From the NCBI GenBank assembly GCA_964016885.1, contig OZ024740.1, forward strand, positions 98,642,001 to 98,706,000: DNA of 64,000 bases, in the 5' to 3' direction. Below, piece by piece: positions 26,478-39,505 of this stretch. The position numbers and the translations under genes were made by a program. The DNA comes from Eledone cirrhosa. Taxonomy: Eukaryota. The first letter of the stretch is position 1. Each line of letters opens with the position of its first letter. The notes under the pieces are model-generated. The model was not told the DNA's origin. It made no database searches and was given only the letters and a program-made list of their open reading frames with translations.

Positions 26478-27939
26478 GAAGAGGGTGTGATAAGATACCA
26501 GGTGGACCATAATGCACTGTTTGGATCTAGCTGTCAAAATGGTTGGAGCTCAGCCGTCGGGGTCCTGACTCTTTACATACATATATATATATATGTATGT
26601 GTATATATATATATATTATTCAGTTGATAAAATTGGGTTGATCAAATAATCTGCCAACTTTTGTATAAACAGACATCAAGCACTCAATGATTTGTATTCC
26701 TTAGGAATTTCTCTCTAAGGTATCACCTGGAGTTTTAGTATAATAAATGAGAGAGACAGTTTTATTCGTATGTCTTCATTTTATTATCTATTTCCATTCT
26801 ACATATTTCAAAGATGCAAGTGTGGTTATATAATAAGCCCCAAGCATGTTTTCTTCAGATGAATTGAGATATATTTTCCTATCCATTGATATGCTACTTG
26901 CTTAACATGGTGTTAACATCACTGTCCAGTACGCACATAACCACCCTTGCATCTTTGAAATACATAGAATTGAATTAGATAATAAAATGAAGATGTATGA
27001 ATAAAATTGTCTCTCTTATTTATTAAATATATATATATATAGGCAGTTGATGAAATGACAACACAAACATAAAGATGCACAATTGCAGTCTTATTAGTAT
27101 CATGCTTATATACCTGTATATATAGGTACACCATTTTAGATCCGTATTTTCATTCTTATATATCACACACACATATATATATTATCATTTGCTAGCAGGT
27201 AAAATGATGATGATACAAATTAAGTTCATGAAGTCATATAAATATGTTGTAAATACAAGCTCTTCTTACTTCTTGTTAAATGAGCTAGTCTTCACATACT
27301 CTCTTATTCCCATAATTCCCACGTGTAAAATATTTCAGTACTGCAAATATGAGATCTATTTTATTTACAAGTAAAATAACCTGGAGGACCAGCTGTAGAA
27401 TTATCTTGACCCATGTTTTGCCTGAATGAGCACTAAAGAATATATATCATTCTTTTATATGACACTTTCATGAGAGATTTTTTTTTTAAAAATTCCCAAA
27501 TCAGACTAGATTTATTTACTTACATCATTAAGGTGTACTAAATATTTAAATTGCTACATTATTCCATGTTGGATTGCTACCTATACTGAACAGACATGGT
27601 TTGTTGCTGTAAGATGTGTGTTTTTAATGTGTATTTCCTTGCTTGTTGATTTCCCCAATGCATATAGTAATAGGCAGTAAATCCAGAAGTATAGGAAGTC
27701 TTTAGGCTACTGAAAGTACAAAATAGAAAATGAAGGAACAATTAGAAAGGAGATACCACACCAACTTGTTATATCAGCAACAGTAAATAGACAAAATATG
27801 TTGATATGCATGCAAATGGTGATGAGACTATGATGTCTGAGGCTAGACATAGTGAAACAGTTGGTAGTATTGTGACAGATGCCATATAGTAACAGTCAAT
27901 ATCCACTGAATGTGAAGCAGCAAAGTGAAATAACAAGTA

Positions 27940-30220
27940 CTCTAATGATATTGGTAAATGGTCAAACAATTGAAATGATTGAAATCATGAATATTGGATG
28001 GCCAAGGGAAGTGCTGGATGTCAACATGCTAATATGACTTTTCTTCACTTACCTGAGTGTATGACAATCAAAAGAAACTTCTGCACTGTCAGATATTTTG
28101 TTTCACATGTGTTTATAAACCTGCAGACAATCCACATGCAAAGAATTAGTAATTCAGAAAGCAAAGGATGCTTATTTTGTTCCCATAATATGTTATGACT
28201 TTAAGATGTTCATCAAAGTATAGTAGAGAGGAGAAAAATCATGCAATTTAGCAATTCAACATGAACAAAGTTCTTCACATAGATAAGCTTTAATTGCACT
28301 GTTGATACACAAAAACAAATATAAACATGCTTATTCCCAACTTATGAAAACAAAAAAAATAATGGAGCCCAACCCTACCATGAATAATTGAAGTTGTGAA
28401 GTTTTTTTGCAGAACGAAGATCTTCATATTGCTGTAGTGATAAAACTGTTGACTGTTACAACGGAAATACTTGGAGGTGTTAGAATTACTAGCTCAGTCT
28501 ATTCCACTTCTGACTGAGTCTCCATATACAAACATATGCAAACAAATACATCACACAAAAGTATTTAAAAACATGTGAGGTATCCGTCAATTGAATCTAG
28601 CATAGTGGATTACAGTACCTGTGATGTGAAAAATATATGTATTTTTCTGTTTCGTTGAATTTAATATGGATTGGCTGACTAACTCTGCATTTTTTTTTCC
28701 ATCTGGATCTGTTAGAAAATATGTGATGTTCTGGCATACGAAAGGTCATAGTACTGAATAGTTTTCACAAACTTTATTTGATATTTTTAAAGGTAAATAG
28801 AAATGATATAAAAGATTGCCATGGGAAAGGTTGTGACAAAGCCAACAAGCATAAATTAAAGAGCTAAATGTGTTTGAGGATTACATTTCATATTTTCTGT
28901 ATTCAATAAATTTGATTGTAAAAAGAAGCATTAATTTACTTACTTAACTAACGGTGGTGGATTGGCAGTATCAGTAAAGGGTCGGACGCCATGCTTTCCA
29001 GCATAGTTACGTCCCTTTACGATCTGAGTTCAAATCCCGCCGAGGTTGACTTTGCCTTTCATCCTTACGGGGTCGATAAAATAAAGTACCAATAATGCAC
29101 TGGGTAATTGCTGGCCTTGTGACTAAAGTAGAAACAATTGATTTACTTAACTTTCTTTGAATTTTTATAGATCCTGTACACCATTTTTTCCTGCCTCGAG
29201 TCATTTAAGAGATCTCTTTTGTGCTGCATTATGTTATATTAGTGCTAATTTTCCTATTCTGAAACAAATGTCAGATACTAGATGACTAGCTTATGCAGAT
29301 ACAGTAAAAGCATTTAAAAACAGTTTTTCTGCAATAAAATAAGTCTTCAAAAACCTATTATAAGAAGGGAGAGAGAGAGAGATGTCAACAGATTTCATGG
29401 ACTACATTCAACTGTTATGAAGTTGGCAAAAGGAATAATGGTTGTATTGTGGAATCACATATTTTTAAATGACCATTGCATAAATATTAAAACATTTTAT
29501 TTACATTGTAAAGTACACTTTATACATATATTCAAGCTATATGGCTTACTTTTTCAGACATTGACCAAGAAGCTGAGAAACTAAAGATTGTCAACAACAA
29601 TCTCGAAACGAAATTGTAAGGTTGATGATTTCAGTGGTCCCAAAACCTTTGATCTATTTTTGAATCTCAGATGCTTTCTCAGAAGTATAAAATCCAAATA
29701 TTTCTTGCTATTATTGATAGCTTGCCTTCTGGTCTGTCAAAATGTTAGAAAGCCTATTAAAAGTTATATAATGTATTTGCATTCCTTCATCAGTTACAGT
29801 CGTTTCCACCCAAAGAGATTATAAAGAGGTCATCAACTCTTGTTAAATCATATTTGGAGATCTGGAAGAAAGCCATGATGAAGAATTTATGCAGTTTAGA
29901 GAATTCTTGAAAACTGATCATGCTTCTCAAATTGGTACCAAACAAGACCTTGTAGAGTTAGAATTTTAGTGTTTGATTACTAACAATTATTTGGCTTCTC
30001 ATTTCTCAAAAGTAAAAAATACACAGCACATGTTTCTTGCTCATTGATACCAATCACTGTGGATAACGCTTGTTTTCAAAATTGTGAAGGCTATAAAATG
30101 AAGTCTAAATAGATTGAATAATATTTGTGTAAAGCGTATTGGAACCTCTACCTGAATTACACATACCCACCATCATCAACAAATTTGATCATGCTAAATC
30201 TTGAAAATGTAGCATTTAAA
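27940..30220 (+). mobile_element. Probable heavily degraded hAT (ZMYM1-like) DNA transposon relic
   Basis: Scattered residual motifs: DIGKW, WMAKG..CQH, and near 30050-30215 TNHCG*RLFSKL...INKFDHAKS, resembling the hAT dimerization region. No long ORF. Confidence 0.35.
28951..29139 (+). mobile_element. tRNA-derived SINE (16949 family)
   Basis: TGGCAGTATCAG A box, GAGTTCAAATCC B box and the same core and tail. Confidence 0.85.
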
Positions 30221-31000
30221 ATATAATTTCTATTTTCTTTTTCAAATATAAGATAGTAAAAGAATAATATTCAGTAACCCAGTCCACCCTGTGGTAGTGC
30301 TGGTGCCATAGAGAAAAAGCTCCAAGTAAATGTTGTGTGGTGGTTGATGTTAAAAGGGGCATACTAGCCATTGAAAACCAAGCCAAAAATGGAATATTTT
30401 TGGCTTGGTAGAACTGCCCATCTAACACATTCATGCATGGAAAATAGATGTGAAACAACGATAATGATGATGATGAGGATAATGAGGATGTAGTGTGGTA
30501 TATGAATAAATGAATAAACTAATGATCCAATCAGAGAAGTATTGAAAAAAATTAAACTTAGGCCAAAATATCAATTTTGGTGGGCGGTGGGGGTGCAAGT
30601 TGAATCGGCTAAAAAAAAGTCAATTTTAATCTTTTGTTTCACCATGTGGTCTACAAGCGACATGGTTTATATGATATATATGTAGCTTGTCCCTTTTGTT
30701 GGAGTATATGCATATGGTAATTCAATGATAGAACAGCTTATTCACTGTACGATCTAGCAGTGAAATAGTATGTATGATATATTTTCAACTTGTCATATTA
30801 TTCTTATGAAGAATACACCTCCCGAGGAAGAAACTTGAATTCTTCCAACATTGGGTATTCCAATGTCTTGGAATTCCCGGTGTTGCATCTGGAGTTTCAG
30901 AAACCATGGTTGGGCATTATATGGGTTAAAATTGAAATTTGTTTGATGATTTGACTTGTATCTCCCACAAAATGAGATTTTGGCTTAAGTTTAATATATA

Positions 31001-31665
31001 TATCATCATTATCACCATTTTACGTCCACTTTTCCCTGCTTGCAAGGGTGGGTGGGTCCTATTCAGCACAGCAACTCTCCACTTGTCACGGTCCTTCATC
31101 ATTTCTTCCGTGAGATTCAGCGATCTGAAGTCTGCTCTCCTCCACTGGTCTTCCTCCACATGGTCTTCCTCCACTGCGTCTTCCTTCTACTGGGATTTCT
31201 TGGCACTTCTTTACTCAGTGGTCATCATCCATGCACATCACATGTCCATACCATCGCAGTCTTCTCTCACGCACACTACAACTTATCCCTCTTATACATA
31301 GTTTCTCTCTCAACTCATCTATGCTTGGTCATTCAGGCACATTCACATTACACATCCAACGGAGTATGCTTGCTTCATTTCTCTCCTGCCGTCACATATC
31401 CTCGGCAGTTGCTGCCCATGTCACACTACCATGCAACATTGCACATCTCACACAGGCATCATATAACCAGCCTTTCGTATGCAGGGAGAAACCCTTCTTT
31501 GTCAACAGAGGAAGCAGCTCCTTAAACTTCTTCCAACTTGTCCTTATTCTAGATACTATGGCTTCTAATCTGATCACCTAGAAACCGGATGACCGCTAAT
31601 CTGATCACCTAGATACCGGAAGCTATCAACCACTTCCATAGAACCTACCTGCATTTGAAACAATA
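31001..31665 (-). mobile_element. 5'-truncated RTE copy (short-UTR subfamily)
   Basis: WKKFKELLPLL...LYDACVRCAMLHGS. Similar to the 36978-37620 segment. Carries a small internal duplication at 31565-31620. Confidence 0.85.
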
Positions 31666-31679
31666 TATATTTGTATGTG

Positions 31680-31718
<39 letters not shown>

Positions 31719-32464
31719 CCGTTCTTTACTTTTACTTCGTACGATCTTTCATGTAGCTTGTATAAGACTTTTTGTTTCGTGGCGGTACCCTTAGAGTTAG
31801 CACTAGTATTCTTTTGCGGGACCCTGAATTATATTCTCGTACTAGTTTACTTTCTTGCACTGGGTGGTTGCTGGCCCTGTGATTGGGGTAGAAACCTTTA
31901 TTATTTTCGTGGTAGTCTCTTTAGTATTCTGGCCACCCCCTTTGTTGACCCGTCACCGTACGATACACGCACTTATACCTCGTATAAGGGTCCCTTTATT
32001 TCCGTCCCACCTAGTTTATTTCTATTATTATTATTTATTTTTTTATTCTACATTATATATATATATATATATTTTTTTTAAATTTATTTATCTATTCTTT
32101 CACTTATTTGCTTATTTATTTATTTATGTATTTCTTTAGCCTAGCTATAGCGAGAGACTTATGTCTTAGTAACCAGATTTTGCTTTTTTTTTCTCTCTCA
32201 GTACCTTTTATAGTTTTACCTTTCATTGTTCTACTTACCGTTTCGACCTCCTCCCCCTCCCCCTCCCCAGTATCCTCTTTGACCTCACACCCAGCTGTAG
32301 CTGGCACTACCAACGCATGAATGGGTCTACTCCACCCCCTCTCCCTTTTTCTCCTACCGGCCGGTTTAGCTACCCCTTCGCCTACTAACTTACCATCAGA
32401 GATTTACTACTAACTTGTGATGTGACCAATCCTGGTGATTATCTCTTTGACCATATATGGAATT

Positions 32465-32558
32465 ACCCCTTGATAAGTTCGGCTATTTAAATACCAGAAT
32501 AAATTTTCATTCAGTACAGAATTAGCCGTCGAAACGGCTTGAACTCAGCCGTCGGGGT
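32465..32558 (+). ncRNA. Type I hammerhead ribozyme with U3-A8 core variant
   Basis: Stem I ACCCC/GGGGT, core TTGATAA, stem II CGGCTA/TAGCCG closed by G-C, GAAA, stem III CGGCT/AGCCG, GUC triplet at 32551-32553. Confidence 0.75.
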
Positions 32559-32743
32559 CTTATTTGTTCCTATTACCCACTCTACTACCCTAAGTATTCA
32601 GTACTTTGGTGCGTTATGGTCCACCTGGTTCCTTACCACATTTCCTTCGTTATCTAGCTCCTATCCCCGTAGTATAGCACTTTCCGACCTTACCACGCCG
32701 TATCCAGACTTTTCCGCTAAGCTCAATTTCTTTCACCCGCACC

Positions 32744-34848
32744 ATGCGAAAACACAATATCGACTTCTCTACCAAGAACATCCCAATCCCACCGAAAAAA
32801 ACTTTACCTTCGGATGCTCACGCAAAAAATCGATCTATTTGCGAAAAGACTTAGATGGAGAACTTTTTTCTACGACAGATGCTGCGACAATCAGGACTTC
32901 GGTACCAAGGAGAGATTCGGATTTATTACCTACAACCCCCCCCCCCCCCGAACCCTTTGCTCTCACCCTTCGAGAATGACCTCTTCCAACTGGTCAAGAA
33001 CCTTAAATTCAAACCCAGGCACAACCGATTCCTACAAAACTCCGTAGCAACTTAACAGAGTATGATAACACCAATGACATCATGGTGCATTCGGATAAAA
33101 CTGGGAACCTATACTTTGTCAACCCCGACAGATACCACACACTGATCAGGAGCAGCCTAAACTCCACCTATAAAAAGGCTAACCACTCATGCATCGAGGA
33201 CATTAATCGAGATGGACAACAAATTACCTCCAGCCTCGGGGTCTCCGACCGCACCGAACCCCTAGACCCACGGACACCCTACTTCACACTGAAGGACCAC
33301 AAATCCGATTTCGACCGTAAACCATCTATCAGGCTTATAAACCCAACGAAGTCCGACATAGGGAGAATCAGCAAAAAAATCCTAGACCGCGTGATACCAA
33401 AAGTCAAGCAACACGCCCGACTTAGCCTATGGATCAACACCCAGGAAGTTATCTCATGGTTCAGCAATTTGGAGGATAAACGAGATACTAAATTTATCCA
33501 GTTCGACATAGAGAGCTACTATGCTTCAATCACCCTACCGCTACTTACTGCCGCCTTGGACTTCGCCGAAGAACTTGTGCCCATCACCGACCAGGAAAGA
33601 AAAATCCTCCTCCACGCCAGGAAGACAGTCTTACTCTTTGACAACTCCAAATGGATAAAAAGAGCTCCTGACTCACCCCTCGATGTCAGCATGGGCGCTA
33701 CGGATTCGGCGGAGGTCACAGATCTTATAGGATTATTCCTTATAGCCAAACTCACCGATATGTTTCCTGCTTTCGGTGGTGGATTGTACCGTGATGATGG
33801 GCTCCTTACCCTTAAAGGGTACAACCCCAGTAGTACAGATCGGGTCCGTAAACAATTAATCAGCTTCTTCCGCAACTGGGGATTTAAAATAACCCTACAA
33901 ACGTCCCTGACCCGAGTTAATTTCCTGGACGTTACCCTCGATCTCAATAATGACCTGTAATACTCATACAAGAAACCCAATGACAACCTGCACTACCTCC
34001 ACCGCCGATCTAACCATCCTAGGAACATCACCAACAACCTGGTCAAAAACATCTCCCTCCGTATATCCCGTTTGTCAGCTAATGAGAAGATATTCGATGA
34101 ACATGCGCCTTACTACAACCAGGCCCTTAAGCGGAGTGGTTTCCGGGAGGAAATATCCTACTGTCCAGCTCCCATTAGCGGAACCAGCAGGAGACGCCGC
34201 CGCTCACGCAATGTAACATGGTTCAATCCACCCCACAACGCCGAGGTGATAACTCCCATCGGGAACATTTTCTTTAGGCTCATTGAAAAACACTTCCCAC
34301 CACAACACCGCTACCACAACATAATTAACAAAAATACCACCAAACTCTCTTACAGCACTACACCTAACTTCGCACAAAACATCGTCTCCTCCAACAAGAA
34401 AAAACTCAACCCCGATGGAAGAAACAACCTAAATAGCAGTGGAGAGCCGACCAGGAGGTGCAACTGTCCTGATAGATCCAGTGGCCCCCTCGACAACAGA
34501 TGCAGAGACCGTAATGTGATCTACCAGTGCAACGTGAGCACGGACACCTCCAACAAAGCTTATATAGGATTAACCGCATGCGACTTCAAGACCCGGCTAT
34601 ACCAACACAGACATACCTTCCGAAACCCGGCCCGGCGTCACGCCACTACACTTTCGGGCCACATATGGGACCTCAAGGACAACAACATCAACTATGATCT
34701 CACTTGGAAATTACTGTCCAGAGCCATCTCTTACACGGGAGGACGCCGTCCGTGCAATTTATGCTCGGAGGAAACATTACAAATGCTGTTTTCGACGGAC
34801 CAACTCCTAAACAAGAAAGATGAACTGGTTACTGCATGTAAACACGTG
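32744..34848 (+). pseudogene. PLE RT/GIY-YIG endonuclease polyprotein, disrupted by frameshifts and one TAA
   Basis: STKNIPIP start, KRLRW, DKTGN, TLKDHK...RLINP, FDIESYY, SMGA, YRDDGL, FLDVTLD, SNHP, WFNPP, CNC...PL...C, VIY...YIG...FKTR..QH, CNLC..E, LLNKKDEL...CKH. Confidence 0.9.
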
Positions 34849-35710
34849 GCCATACCAACGTAGTCTTCTCTCAAGTAAACAGCATCTGATCCCCTTATTC
34901 CTAATTTCTCACTTTGTTCATTTATGCTTTGCCATTCACATATATTACTATTACACATCCAACGGAGCATGCATGCTTCGTTCCTTTCCAGTCTGCGCAG
35001 GTCCTCTGCATGCAATGCCCATATCTCACTGTCATGTGGCATTGCTGTTCGTATACAGGCATCATACAATCTGCCTTTCATTTTTAGAGAGAAACCTTTT
35101 GTGGCCAACAGCGGTATAAGCTCTCTGAGATTTTTCCATTCCGTTCTGACTCTGGCTACTGTACTTTCAGAACACCCTCCACCACTGCTGATTTTGTCAC
35201 CCAGGTAACGGAAAGTGTCCACTATTTCTATAGAACCATCTGGGCAATAGAAGGCACTAGTATCCTGTGGGCACTTGCTACTTATTGCACTTGAGCATTG
35301 GCTATATATAAAGTCTACGTTCTTAGATAGTTTATTTGTGATCCCACTACATCTTTTATGTACCCATAGTTTGCATTTGGGACATAAAATGGAATTTCTG
35401 CCTACTCCTTTCCTACACACTGAGCATGGCCATTTCCCTGAGGGCACCTGTGCCCCATTTTCCTTTCTACAAACTAGAACTTTAGTCTTAGACAAGTTAA
35501 CTTTAAGGTCTGTTGATTCTAGGCCATGCTTCCATTTTTGGAATTTCTTCTCTAATTCAGCCATAGATTCAGCTATGAGAGTTAGATCATCTGCGTACAG
35601 GAGTTCCCATGGGCAGCCGGTCTTGAACTCCTCTCTTACAGCCTGAAGGGCAATAATAAATAGGAGCGGGCTAAGGACAGAGCCTTGATGAACACCAACT
35701 TTTACCCTAA
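34843..35710 (-). mobile_element. Internal RTE fragment fused to the PLE 3' end
   Basis: ORF 34731-35756 has GVHQGSVLSPLLF, YADDL, the PHD-type insert and YLG. Its 3' end is missing. Confidence 0.9.
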
Positions 35711-36977
35711 ATATATATATGTAGTACCAGAAAAAATGCACACAGTTACATGACACAAACAGACAAATGCATCATTACCTTCTCAGCCACATTGCTGGTA
35801 GTGCAGTTTTCTTTATTCAGTTAGTACAGCATTTGAATACCAGTTTGTGTAAGAGAGTGGAGCTTGCTCAGTTGGTGTGAGGCATGTAACAAAACACTAT
35901 AACAAAACACTATAACAAAACAAATCATATTCAGGAAAATTTATGGATGTCTTTTAGCCAGGATAAATATATAAAAATTTACAACTACAATTACGTGGAC
36001 AAAAGATTGTAATTGTAATTGTGCAATATAAGATGTCAGGGAAAAATTAACTTTCTTCAATGAAGTGTGGAATACGGAGTAAATAAATTATACCTGCTGA
36101 TTATCAGTTCCTTCAGGTTGAAAGGCCAAATCAATGACCTATTGACAAGAAGAAGTAGTAGGCGAGCAAGAGATAGTGGGTGAAGAGGAGAGGGAAAGAG
36201 AGAGAAAGAACAAACATAACATAGAGGAAGTGCAAGTTACATAGGTGTATATGAGTGTTGGCTGATAATTTCATAGCCAGACTATGAAGGAGTGATACTA
36301 CAGCTGTGAAATTTTTCATGGATTTATTTCAACTATTTTTATGAATAACTACATTGTTTATTTCCAGTAACTATGTTGAAAAATAAATCCATTTAGTCAT
36401 TTCATGAGAGTATCTTGGTCAGCCTATGAACCTTTCAGTTGAACCTCATATAACATATAATGGGTTCAATGTCCCAAAGAGAGCTTCATGAAAGTTTTGT
36501 ATATACTACTACTTATGCCTATTGAAACATGACCTTCTCTTTTTTTTTTATATATGGATTACACCATTTAAAGGAGAAGATTATAAGATATCCAACTCAT
36601 TTTGAAATTTGTTGAAACTAACTATATTGAATACCATCAAAGACTACAAAGAATGTTGAAAACGTTAATTACTGCTCAGGAAGATAATTTACCAGCAGTA
36701 ATTATGTAAATGTGTTTATGTATTTAAAAAAACATGTTTCCCAGAAAAAAAGACTATAAGAATGAAATTCAAAGGGTATATATATATTTTTTTTAATGTT
36801 TTTTGCAGCTTAATTTGAACCATCCTTCCATAAACAATTCTGAGGGAATCAACATTCTCATACTAACTGAAGATTTTCAGTATTGTCTGAAAACAATACA
36901 AGTATATCTAAAATATAATGTATTTATGTGATCCTAGTGTTTTTTATAGTCGGGCTACTAGTAGGTGTATATATATA

Positions 36978-39505
36978 TCATCATCATCATCATCATCATC
37001 ATCATTTTACGTCTGCTTTTCCCTGCTTGCAAGGGTGGGACGGGTCTTATTCAGCACAGCATCTCTCCACTCGTCACGGCCCTTCGTCATCTCCACCGTG
37101 AGCTTCAATGATCTGAGGTCTGTTCTCACCACCTCCGCCCATATTTTTCGTGGTCTACCTCTACCACGTCTACCTTCAACTGGCATTTCCTGGCACTTCT
37201 TCACAAATCGGTCATCCTCCATGCGCATCACATGTTCATACCACCTCAGTCTCCTCTCCCTTACATTACATTCTATCGCTCTCAGACAGAGTTTCTCTCT
37301 CAACACATTTATGCTGGGTCGTTCACGCACATCCAACGGAGCATGCTTGCCTCATTTCTCTCCAGCCGTCGCATATCCTCTGCAGTTGCTGCCCATGTCT
37401 CACTACCATGCAGCATCGCGCTCCTCACACAGGCATCATACAACCGCCCTTTCGTACGCAGGGAGAAACCCTTCTTCGTCATCAGAGTAAGCAGCTCCCT
37501 AAACTTCTTCCAACCCGTCCTTATTCTAGATACTATGGCCTCGGAACACCCTCCTCACAAGTTAATCTGATCTCCTAGGTACCGGAAGCTATCCACCACT
37601 TCTATAGCGCCCTCCTGCATCTGAAAAATGTTTCTATGAATGCGACTTCTACTGTCTAATTTCTCTGTACATCTACTGCATACATATTTCTCCCTACCTG
37701 TTAGTTTGCCTGCTATCCCGCTACATCTCTTGTGTACCCAGGATCTGCATTGTGTGCATTTTATAGAATTTATGCCAGTTCCTTTTCTGCATATCGAACA
37801 TGGCCATTTCCCTGATGGAATCAGAGTTTTGTTCTCTTTTCTACTCATCAGCACTTTTGTCTTAGCTAGGTTCACTCTCAGTCCTCTTGCTTCCAACTGC
37901 TGTTTCCATAGCCAGAATCTATTCTCTAGCTCCTCTACTGATTCTGCTATAAGAACCAGATCGTCAGCATGGAGAAGTTCCCATGGACAGCCAGTCTTAA
38001 ACTCCTCTGTTATGGCTTGGAGGACTATAATGAACAAGAGCGGGCTGAGAACCGAACCTTGATGTACTCCTACTTGTATCTGGAATTTCTCACTAAACTC
38101 TATTCCTACTCTGACTTACTGAGAGTACCTCTGTACAAAGTTTGCACTGTCCTCACAAGCCATTCCTCAACACCTAGTTTCCTTAGGGACCACCAGATGA
38201 CAGATCGGGTTACCCTATCAAAGGCCTTCTCTAGGTCAACAAAGGCAAAGTATAGTGGCTTATTTTTCTCTAAGAACCTCTCTTGCAATTGTCTCACCAA
38301 GAAGAGGGCATCTGTTGTACTCTTCCCAGGCACAAAACCAAACTGCATCTCATCTAGTTTGACCCTTTCTCTAATTAGTTGTGCTAATATCTTTTCTGCC
38401 ACTTTCATAACCTAATCTATCAGTATTATACCCCTATAATTGATCCTCTCCAGGGCAACCCCTTTACCTTTGTAGCAATTTATGAGAATACTGCTGCACC
38501 AGTCTTTGGGTATGACACCACCATATATAGCCTGATTGACGATGCGTGCAACCAGTTTAGTGCCTACGTCCCCTGATGCCTTCAGCATCTCAGCAACTAT
38601 TCCCGATGGTCCCAGAGCCTTACCATTTTCATTTCCCTAATCGCCTCTTGGACCCTATATTCGTCAATCTCAATAGCTGGTCCCTCTGTAGGATCTACCA
38701 AGAGTAATTTCTCTCTCTCCCATTCGTTCTCCACATTCATCAGTCTCTCATAATGACATTTCCAGGCCTCCTTTTTCTGATCAATCGTGACACTAAGTAC
38801 ACCGGCATTATCCCGGACACATTTATCTCCAACAACATCCTGATTTGCATTGACACACTGCCTTGCAATGTGGAACACCGCACGCCTCTGATCTACCCGT
38901 CGCAGAACATTGGCAAACCTCCTACTCTCCGCCTCCCTGCGTGCTAAGTACACCTGACGTCTAGCTTCTCTCTTAGTGGCTGTATATTCTTCCCTACTCC
39001 CACCCTTTTTCCAAGCCTTCCATGCTAGTCTTTTGTCTCTAATTGCCTTATCTACTGTGCTGTTCCACCACCAGGTCACTTTCTGTCTGGTTGGAGCTCT
39101 GCTCCAGACACAAGTTTCATCAGTAGCCTGCAGCACGTTGTCATCATGTAAGAAATTCCAGTTATTATCTATGTCATACTTCTCTAAATCGTCTTGTTTT
39201 TCGTATTATACATCTTGAAGGGCTTTCCTAAATTTGTAATTTAGTGAAAGGTCTTTTAGCTTCCAGACCTTTCTTCTCCACACCTTCCTGTATGTCTCAT
39301 TCAATCTATTGCTTACTGAGATATTACTAACGACTAACCTATGCTGTGTGGTACATTCTTCCCCAGAATATGCCTTGGTATTAGATACTATCTGCCTGTC
39401 CCGCTGCCTAACTAGTAAGAAGTCAATCTGGCTTATGTGCTCACCAGATTTGTAGGTTATTAGGTGATTGGCAGGTTTCTGGAAGTGTGTGTTGCAAATA
39501 GTCAC
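36978..39505 (-). mobile_element. Longest RTE copy: end of APE domain through RT to (GAT)n tail, 5'-truncated
   Basis: ICNTHFQK...TY...SQIDF...QHRLV (APE C-terminus), WWWN, QFGF, FVDLEKAFD, HADDL, intact C4HC3 and RRLRW. Several frameshifts and stops. Confidence 0.92.

Larger units (their letters stand above)
31715..34848 (+). mobile_element. Penelope-like retroelement, Naiad-type, 3' end lost
   Basis: About 1 kb of leader containing a hammerhead, followed by an RT + GIY-YIG reading frame. The left boundary at the (TA)n tract is inferred. Confidence 0.8.

Noticed and set aside
33958-33960. In-frame stop in the Naiad ORF as a selenocysteine codon
   Set aside because: The codon is TAA, not TGA, and it is not at a Cys position.
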